Below are positions 58,885-64,000 of a stretch of DNA of 64,000 nucleotides, one piece after another. Origin of the DNA: Candidatus Bathyarchaeota archaeon (GTDB lineage: Archaea > Thermoproteota > Bathyarchaeia > 40CM-2-53-6); the NCBI GenBank assembly GCA_963833125.1, contig CAWHWX010000005.1, forward strand, positions 4,478-68,477. Reading direction: 5' to 3'. Position 1 is the stretch's first letter, and each line of letters starts with the position of its first letter. The notes under the pieces were generated by a model. It had not been told where the DNA came from and did no database searches. It was given only the letters and a program-made list of their open reading frames with translations. Both the position numbers and the translations under genes were made by a program.

Positions 58885-60426
58885 TCAATCTATCAGAGCA
58901 AATTGTGCATCTGCGCTGGCTAGGAATGTACCCCCCTGTGAAATCAGCTTGTCGGAGACCAGGGCATTGACCGTATAAACTCCGATAGGGTGGTTTACCA
59001 AGGTGAACCCAAGTCCATCTTTGATTGTTCCACCTGCGTCGAGCTGGGATATATGTATCTGAATCTGCACGGGCACTCCGTTCGGGTCACGCACCTGAAT
59101 CCAGACTACGCCTTGGAATGTGACGCCGATATTCTCGATTACAACCCAAATCCATATCGTCTGTCCTTCTGTAAACGTAGATGTTGGATTGCCGGCGCTA
59201 TCACCCGCGTAAACCGCTTTGATTATGACGCTAGGTGTTGAAGATGTTCCCACTACGAATGTGGTGCGTGTGGTTACGCTTGAGTAACCTGATTTTGTCG
59301 CCGAAGTGAAGACGGTATATGTTCCTGTTGGCGAGCTGGGTGGGAGGCTGACTTGGGTTTGGAATATGCCCGCTGCATCCGTTTGAAGGTTGTTCGCAAA
59401 GAATAGTTGGCTGCCGGTTGAGGCGTCAACTTGCACTGAAACGGTAACTCCAGCGACTGCGCTCCCGGTTGAATCCGTCACTTGGCCCTGGATGGTGACT
59501 GTTGAGTTTGGCTGGTATTGGGGTTGATCCGTTGTTACGGTCATAGTAAGTGTGGTTCCAAGTGAGACTCTCGTTGTCGCGTTAGCGCTGGTGGTTATGC
59601 CAGTCGGAGCCAGTATTTGCAAACTCACCTGGCTCGTTAACTCCCTTCCGTTGACAATCGCCACGGCCGTCACTGCATAATTGCCGGCAGGGGTGTCGGC
59701 TGACGTAACTATAGTTAGGCTAGACAAGAAGTCGCGCGTGGCTACGCCCACGTTTGGTGTAAAGATTGCGACACTATCCGGAGGCACACCTCTGGCAACT
59801 AAGAAGATGTTCGCTGCTGAGTTCCCGACAATGTGCATGTCGAATTTGGCAAATGTGCCTGCTGTAATAGTGTCTGAGGGCGGTTGGATTTGGAGAGTAA
59901 GCGAATTCGTGTTGTTGGCTGAGACTGTGTTTCCACTTTGGGCAGTTACGGTCGAGGTCTGGGACAAGGTTGTAGTAACATTTGAAGTAGAGCCGCTCGC
60001 TTCAATTGTGAAGGATGCGGTGGTTGAGGAATATTGCACAAAACCTACTTTCGTTATCTCGAAGATGCCGGTGTAAGTGCCCCCGCTTAGGTTTGCTTGT
60101 ACTGTCCCGCTGCCGCCTGAATCAGTGTCAAGAGATCCTAACTGTAGTATTGCCGAGGGGGGAGAGGATACGAAGATTGATGTATAGGTTGAATCCGCTG
60201 TGGCCTGATTCAGTTCAACGGAAAGTTGGCCGGTGTTCAGATTAATTTGAACCGTACCCGAAGCTGAAGGAGGGTCCGTACTTACCGCCGCTCGAGTTAG
60301 CTGAATCGTTAACGTACTGTCAGCCGAGACGTTTGTGATCGTGCCACTTGTTTGGAGCGCTGATACTGCAGTTAGAAGAAGCAAGAGTAACGCGGTATTG
60401 GTTCGGGAACGTGTCACAATGCTCAT
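58885..60426 (-). CDS. Secreted multi-domain adhesin-like surface protein (Ig-like/NEW3-like, MG2-like and CARDB-like domains)
   Basis: Signal peptide ALLLLLLTAVSALQTSG. ..ITAGTFAKFDMHIVG..GVPPDSVAIFTPN...TPAGNYAVTAVA.. and TVTTDQPQYQPNSTVTIQGQVTDSTGSAVAGVTVSVQV...GTYTVFTSA. C-terminal CARDB-like segment EGQTIWIWVVIENIG... No TM anchor. Confidence 0.8.
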   Translation of the reverse strand: MSIVTRSRTNTALLLLLLTAVSALQTSGTITNVSADSTLTIQLTRAAVSTDPPSASGTVQINLNTGQLSVELNQATADSTYTSIFVSSPPSAILQLGSLDTDSGGSGTVQANLSGGTYTGIFEITKVGFVQYSSTTASFTIEASGSTSNVTTTLSQTSTVTAQSGNTVSANNTNSLTLQIQPPSDTITAGTFAKFDMHIVGNSAANIFLVARGVPPDSVAIFTPNVGVATRDFLSSLTIVTSADTPAGNYAVTAVAIVNGRELTSQVSLQILAPTGITTSANATTRVSLGTTLTMTVTTDQPQYQPNSTVTIQGQVTDSTGSAVAGVTVSVQVDASTGSQLFFANNLQTDAAGIFQTQVSLPPSSPTGTYTVFTSATKSGYSSVTTRTTFVVGTSSTPSVIIKAVYAGDSAGNPTSTFTEGQTIWIWVVIENIGVTFQGVVWIQVRDPNGVPVQIQIHISQLDAGGTIKDGLGFTLVNHPIGVYTVNALVSDKLISQGGTFLASADAQFALID

Positions 60427-60514
60427 TTTCAGGGCTCCATGGCTTGAAAGAATAGTTGAGTGAAGAGTATTTAAGTGTTTTCACGTACCACACATCTACA
60501 ACAAAAAACTGTGT

Positions 60515-60955
60515 TTGTGTAGCGCTAACAAACTTTCATATAAGCCATCTAGGGAACCATCTACGTGTGGTCTTCCTGTGAGTTCCAGGGGTGCAGACAC
60601 CATCGTCGTAGACCTACTGAGAAAGATGAATAGAACCATGGAACTCATCTCGAAGAAACTGGACAGGCTCATCGAAGTGCAGCGCGCCCCATCTGGGCAG
60701 ATGGTTCGTCCAGGTGTCTCTCTACCTGAGGACATGCCACTTGATGTGACAACTCTTCTTTCACTTCCGGATCATCTTCGCAAATCTGCACTAGCCTTGG
60801 CTACGCTCAGGGAGGCCACAGCAACTGACCTCTCTAAGGAAACAGGGAGAGTGAGGGCGGTTGAAAGTGACTACCTAAACCAGCTCGTGTCGATGGGGTT
60901 AGTAAAGAAGAAACGGAAAGGTCGGGACGTATACTTCTATGTGGAGAATACTTGA
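60515..60955 (+). CDS. Small coiled-coil + winged-helix DNA-binding protein (likely start ATG 60626)
   Basis: LLSLPDHLRKSALALATLREATATDLSKETGRVRAVESDYLNQLVSMGLVKKKRKGRDVYFYV is an ArsR/MarR-like wHTH. 13 bp upstream of the ParA/MinD gene. Confidence 0.65.
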   Translation: MCSANKLSYKPSREPSTCGLPVSSRGADTIVVDLLRKMNRTMELISKKLDRLIEVQRAPSGQMVRPGVSLPEDMPLDVTTLLSLPDHLRKSALALATLREATATDLSKETGRVRAVESDYLNQLVSMGLVKKKRKGRDVYFYVENT

Positions 60956-60967
60956 GGAGAATTAATT

Positions 60968-61741
60968 TTGGGTAAAACATTCGCGTTTCATTCCTACAAG
61001 GGCGGAACTGGAAAAACTTCCTTGGTGGTTAATTTGGGAGCGATCTATGCTCAGCAAGGCGCCAACGTGTGCGTTTTGGATTTTGACTTTCGTGCCCCAA
61101 GCCTCAACGTACTGTTCAAGGGTAAGCCGGAGTTTTGGTTGAATGATTATCTAGAGGACAAGTGCGGCGTTATTGATACTCTCGTTGACCAGTCCGAGAA
61201 ATTCAAACTGCGTGGGAAGCTTTGGGTTGGCTTCGCGAATCCGTCCCTCGAAGCGCTTAAGGACATAATGAGTAAGGATAGGAAATGGGAAGTTAAGGCA
61301 CTATCCAAGACTCTTGCTGGGAAGAAGGAGATTCTGCAAGAGAAGCAGATTGACTACCTGATATACGATACCAGCCCAGGAGCGCAATACTCATCGATAA
61401 ATGCGCTCGCTGGGGCAGACCTCGTCTCTTTGGTCATGAAAGCGGATGAATTCGATTTGGAAGGTACGAAGGAACTGGCCAAGGGCGTCTATGAGGCGCT
61501 TGGAAGAAAGTCCGGAATCGTCCTGAACAAGATTCCACTTGAACAAGTCGCTGCAGCGGGAGGCAAGGAGAAATTCGGTCGACAGATTGCCGACGAGGTT
61601 GGCTTGCCGTTAGTCGGAATTATACCGTGCATGTGCGAGCTGATGGCGTTCGGCGGTAAGTCAATCTATACCATCGACAAACCAGACCACACATTCTCTA
61701 GGTCGGTGGGCGAGATTGCTGAGACTCTGAAGAAGATGTAG
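60968..61741 (+). CDS. ParA/MinD-family P-loop ATPase
   Basis: Deviant Walker A FHSYKGGTGKTS. LDFDFRAPSL. Walker B-like YLIYDTSPG. Confidence 0.85.
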   Translation: MGKTFAFHSYKGGTGKTSLVVNLGAIYAQQGANVCVLDFDFRAPSLNVLFKGKPEFWLNDYLEDKCGVIDTLVDQSEKFKLRGKLWVGFANPSLEALKDIMSKDRKWEVKALSKTLAGKKEILQEKQIDYLIYDTSPGAQYSSINALAGADLVSLVMKADEFDLEGTKELAKGVYEALGRKSGIVLNKIPLEQVAAAGGKEKFGRQIADEVGLPLVGIIPCMCELMAFGGKSIYTIDKPDHTFSRSVGEIAETLKKM

Positions 61742-61744
61742 CCT

Positions 61745-62711
61745 TTACTTAGATTTCTCGAGTCGTTTCTCGTACTCTCTCTTTAGTTTCTGATATGTTG
61801 ATTCATCAACTTGGTTCGTCGCTCGTAATTCTTCAAGACGCGCAATCACTCGAGCGGTCGCAACATAGCCCTTGTCGGCTTCGCTTGTTTTCAATAATTC
61901 CTCTAGTGCAGCCCTTTTGTGGGAACGTCGACTGCGCCTTTGAAACAGCACTCCTGCGATAATGGCGATGATCACGACCGGCGGTATTACAATGAATGTT
62001 GCTGGAATTGGGCCTGGTATGATTTCAAGTTGGAAGGACGTAGTGTGAATTAGTGACCCAGAGACTCCTAGGAGAGTTATCGTGAAATTGCCGGTTTGAG
62101 CAGACTGAGTTGCGACGATCGTCGCCTGCGTATTTCCACTTGGAGTGACCGATTCGGGGTTGAATTGCACGGTTACCCCGGACGGCAAGTTGAGGGCTGT
62201 GAGGTTCACGGGTTCTTTGAAGTTCCTAAGGGAAAGCACTGTAACTGTGACTTTGCCTGTATCGCCTTGGCGAAGGGTTAGCAGAACGGTGGAGGTTTGT
62301 ATTGAAAAATCAGGAGATGAATAGTTGAAAGTGAGAGTCACGCGAGCCGTGTCATAGCCTGGTTTGTCGGCTACCATGTATGCCGTGTAATTGCCGCCGG
62401 GAGAGTTCGAGGCGATTACAAAACTATCTTGAAAGGTGCCATCAGACTGCGGAATAAGCCACGGCGAGGTGTATGCTCGTTGCTTGTGGGTTAGTAACTT
62501 GAATTGAGACTATGGCGTTAGAGATCGGTATGCCACTCGTATCGAATACCTTGCCGGTAACGACGACCGAAACTCCTTGGTTGATCGGTGTTGGGTTGAG
62601 TGTCGCTTGCATGAACATCGTTTTGTTTGCGAACGCAGGGTGGGGCGAGAGCAGGGCGAGAAATAGGGCAACCAGTAGGAAAGCGCGAAAAAAAGTGCTG
62701 CGAAGTGTCAA
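61745..62711 (-). CDS. Surface protein: signal peptide, MG2-like and NEW3-like Ig domains, one TM helix, cytoplasmic SHOCT-like tail (frameshift ~62440-62480)
   Basis: ORF 62442-62711 has a signal peptide plus VVVTGKVFDTSGIPISNAIVSIQV. The open frame ..SDGTFQDSFVIASNSPGGNYTAYMVADKPGY.. leads into ORF 61745-62377. TM helix FIVIPPVVIIAIIAGVLF. Tail ..RLEELRATNQVDESTYQKLKREYEKRL. Confidence 0.7.
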
Positions 62712-62782
62712 GTGGCCCGCTATATCTCGGCTTAATTGGGCTTATTGTATATTGTTTCCGAGCTGGTCTATGCATATAGGAG

Positions 62783-63472
62783 ATGCCTGGATTGACAGTG
62801 TTTTTCATTCATGGTGCGGGCGGAACACCAGCGGTTTGGCGTCTGCAAACCTTGCACTTCAAGGACTCCGTTGCAGTTGAACTTCCGGGGCATCCAACGG
62901 GATCGGGCTTCGCTACCATCGAGGAATATGCCCAGACGGTCCGCGGCCGAATTGACCAGGGGGAATGGGGTAAGACAATAATCGTAGGGCACTCGATGGG
63001 CGGAGCAATTGCAATAGAACTTGCTTTGGACAATAGAGAACTTCGAGGGCTGGTCCTCGTTGGGACTGGAGGTCGATTAAGAGTACGTCCCGAATTAATG
63101 TCAGAACTTAAAGAGAACTATGAGCAGGCAACCAAATCGATTGCCTCCTGGTCTTTATCCCCCCGAGCTGACCCGATAATTGTAGATAGACTCGCCGAAG
63201 ATTTCCTCAAAGTGAGGCCCGAGGTAACGTTGAGTGACTTTTTGGCTTGCGACAAATTCGATCGAATGAACAACCTAGAAAGGGTAACCTGCGGAACCCT
63301 GGTCGTTTGCGGGAAGGATGATAGGATGACTCCGGAGAAATACTCTAGGTATCTTCATGAGAAGATAAGGGGTTCAAAACTCGAGATCATACCGGAAGCG
63401 GGTCACAGTGTGATGGTCGAGAAACATCGTGCGTTCAATCAGGCAGTTGAGCGTTTCGTTGCTTCACTGTGA
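62783..63472 (+). CDS. Alpha/beta-fold hydrolase
   Basis: FIHGAGG oxyanion region, nucleophile elbow VGHSMGG, C-terminal ..GHSVMVE.. catalytic His region. Confidence 0.85.
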   Translation: MPGLTVFFIHGAGGTPAVWRLQTLHFKDSVAVELPGHPTGSGFATIEEYAQTVRGRIDQGEWGKTIIVGHSMGGAIAIELALDNRELRGLVLVGTGGRLRVRPELMSELKENYEQATKSIASWSLSPRADPIIVDRLAEDFLKVRPEVTLSDFLACDKFDRMNNLERVTCGTLVVCGKDDRMTPEKYSRYLHEKIRGSKLEIIPEAGHSVMVEKHRAFNQAVERFVASL

Positions 63473-64000
63473 CCTTCTCTGCTTGCAGCCTGTTCCTTAT
63501 CGCGGATAGAAGTGTGTCGAGATTGTGTCCCGACTTTACGCTTACTGGGATAATCTGTTCCTCTGGAAAATACTTACGAATCATCGCCGTCGACATCTCT
63601 AGCTGTTCAGTTGAGACATTGTCGATTTTGTTGGCGCAAATAATTATTGGCGCCGATATATCCACTTCGCGTAGAATTTGACAGCATGACCTCACTTTTC
63701 TTTCTAGTGGAAATTCATCGTCGGTTGCGTCGATGAAGAGTAAGACAAGGTCCGCGGTCGCTAACTCCCCTAAGGTCGCATGGAATGCTTTCAGAATGAT
63801 TGGGTGCATATCTTCTATGAATCCGATTGAGTCGACGATTATGAAGTCAGAGGAGCTGTCGTCAGGGTTTGTACTTGCTTTGCGGGCGAATGTTGTCAGT
63901 GTCGTAAATGGACCGAGTCCGACAGTTTTCTCTTCATGAGCAACTAGGTTGAAGAAGCTCGTCTTCCCAGCTTGGGTGTAACCTGCGAGGGCAACTATCG
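63435..64000 (-). CDS. hflX: HflX-like GTPase, C-terminal ~188 codons (5' end beyond the window)
   Basis: The frame is open to the window edge. G1 motif ALAGYTQAGKTS, G3 VDSIGF, G4 ANKID. The ORF-track entry 63435-63809 is only the part after an internal Met. Confidence 0.8.
   Translation of the reverse strand, partial: IVALAGYTQAGKTSFFNLVAHEEKTVGLGPFTTLTTFARKASTNPDDSSSDFIIVDSIGFIEDMHPIILKAFHATLGELATADLVLLFIDATDDEFPLERKVRSCCQILREVDISAPIIICANKIDNVSTEQLEMSTAMIRKYFPEEQIIPVSVKSGHNLDTLLSAIRNRLQAEKVTVKQRNAQLPD

Noticed and set aside
63435-63472. 38-bp convergent 3'-3' overlap between the alpha/beta hydrolase and the HflX-like GTPase
   Set aside because: Short convergent overlaps are common in compact archaeal genomes. 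Given the indel rate, the exact stop positions are also uncertain, so nothing further is inferred.

Overview
The window reads as chromosomal DNA from an archaeon, probably of the TACK type. Evidence: an archaeal uS12 with the long basic N-terminal extension, a TrmB regulator, DUF1616 proteins, archaeal VapB/VapC modules, many Ser/Thr-rich surface proteins with C-terminal TM anchors, and several 4-bp start/stop overlaps. I found no rRNA, tRNA, CRISPR array, transposase or integrase.

There are four blocks:
- (1) ~0.9-33.8 kb: a large cell-envelope glycan biosynthesis island. It holds 4 GT4 and 2 GT2 glycosyltransferases, 3 NDP-sugar epimerase/dehydratases, 2 sugar-1-P nucleotidyltransferases, a nucleotide-sugar dehydrogenase, 2 Gfo/Idh/MocA oxidoreductases, an AsnB-type amidotransferase, a CDP-alcohol phosphatidyltransferase, a GH5 hydrolase, a Tat-exported beta-helix protein, two very large polytopic membrane proteins and DUF1616 proteins. 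A VapBC cassette flanked by a duplicated promoter and 5' gene segment interrupts it.
- (2) ~33.9-41.4 kb: an accessory patch of small genes. It contains a DUF5678-like gene, an RHH-UPF0175/DUF3368-PIN toxin-antitoxin pair, a DIP1984-family protein, surface proteins, a matrixin-like protein with degenerate zinc ligands, zinc-ribbon and coiled-coil proteins and a TrmB regulator, plus unusual G-rich palindromes.
- (3) ~41.8-56.7 kb: a redox, Fe-S and housekeeping block. It contains YbaK, Fe/Mn-SOD, SufU, SufS, a Rieske protein, MsrA, SufD/B/C, an orphan NuoB-C-D-I module, Bcp, an HTH regulator, GuaB, an MBL hydrolase and uS12.
- (4) ~56.8-62.7 kb: three paralogous secreted adhesin-like proteins, a 344-aa unknown protein, and a wHTH plus ParA/MinD ATPase pair. 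An alpha/beta hydrolase and a partial HflX-like GTPase follow.

Caveat: about 20 genes are broken by single-base frameshifts, including indispensable ones (sufB, sufS, guaB, nuoC, nuoD). Most of the junctions I pinned down lie at short homopolymer runs. I therefore treat these as read or assembly indels and report merged gene models.

All family calls rest on motifs I recognised by eye. No searches were run.
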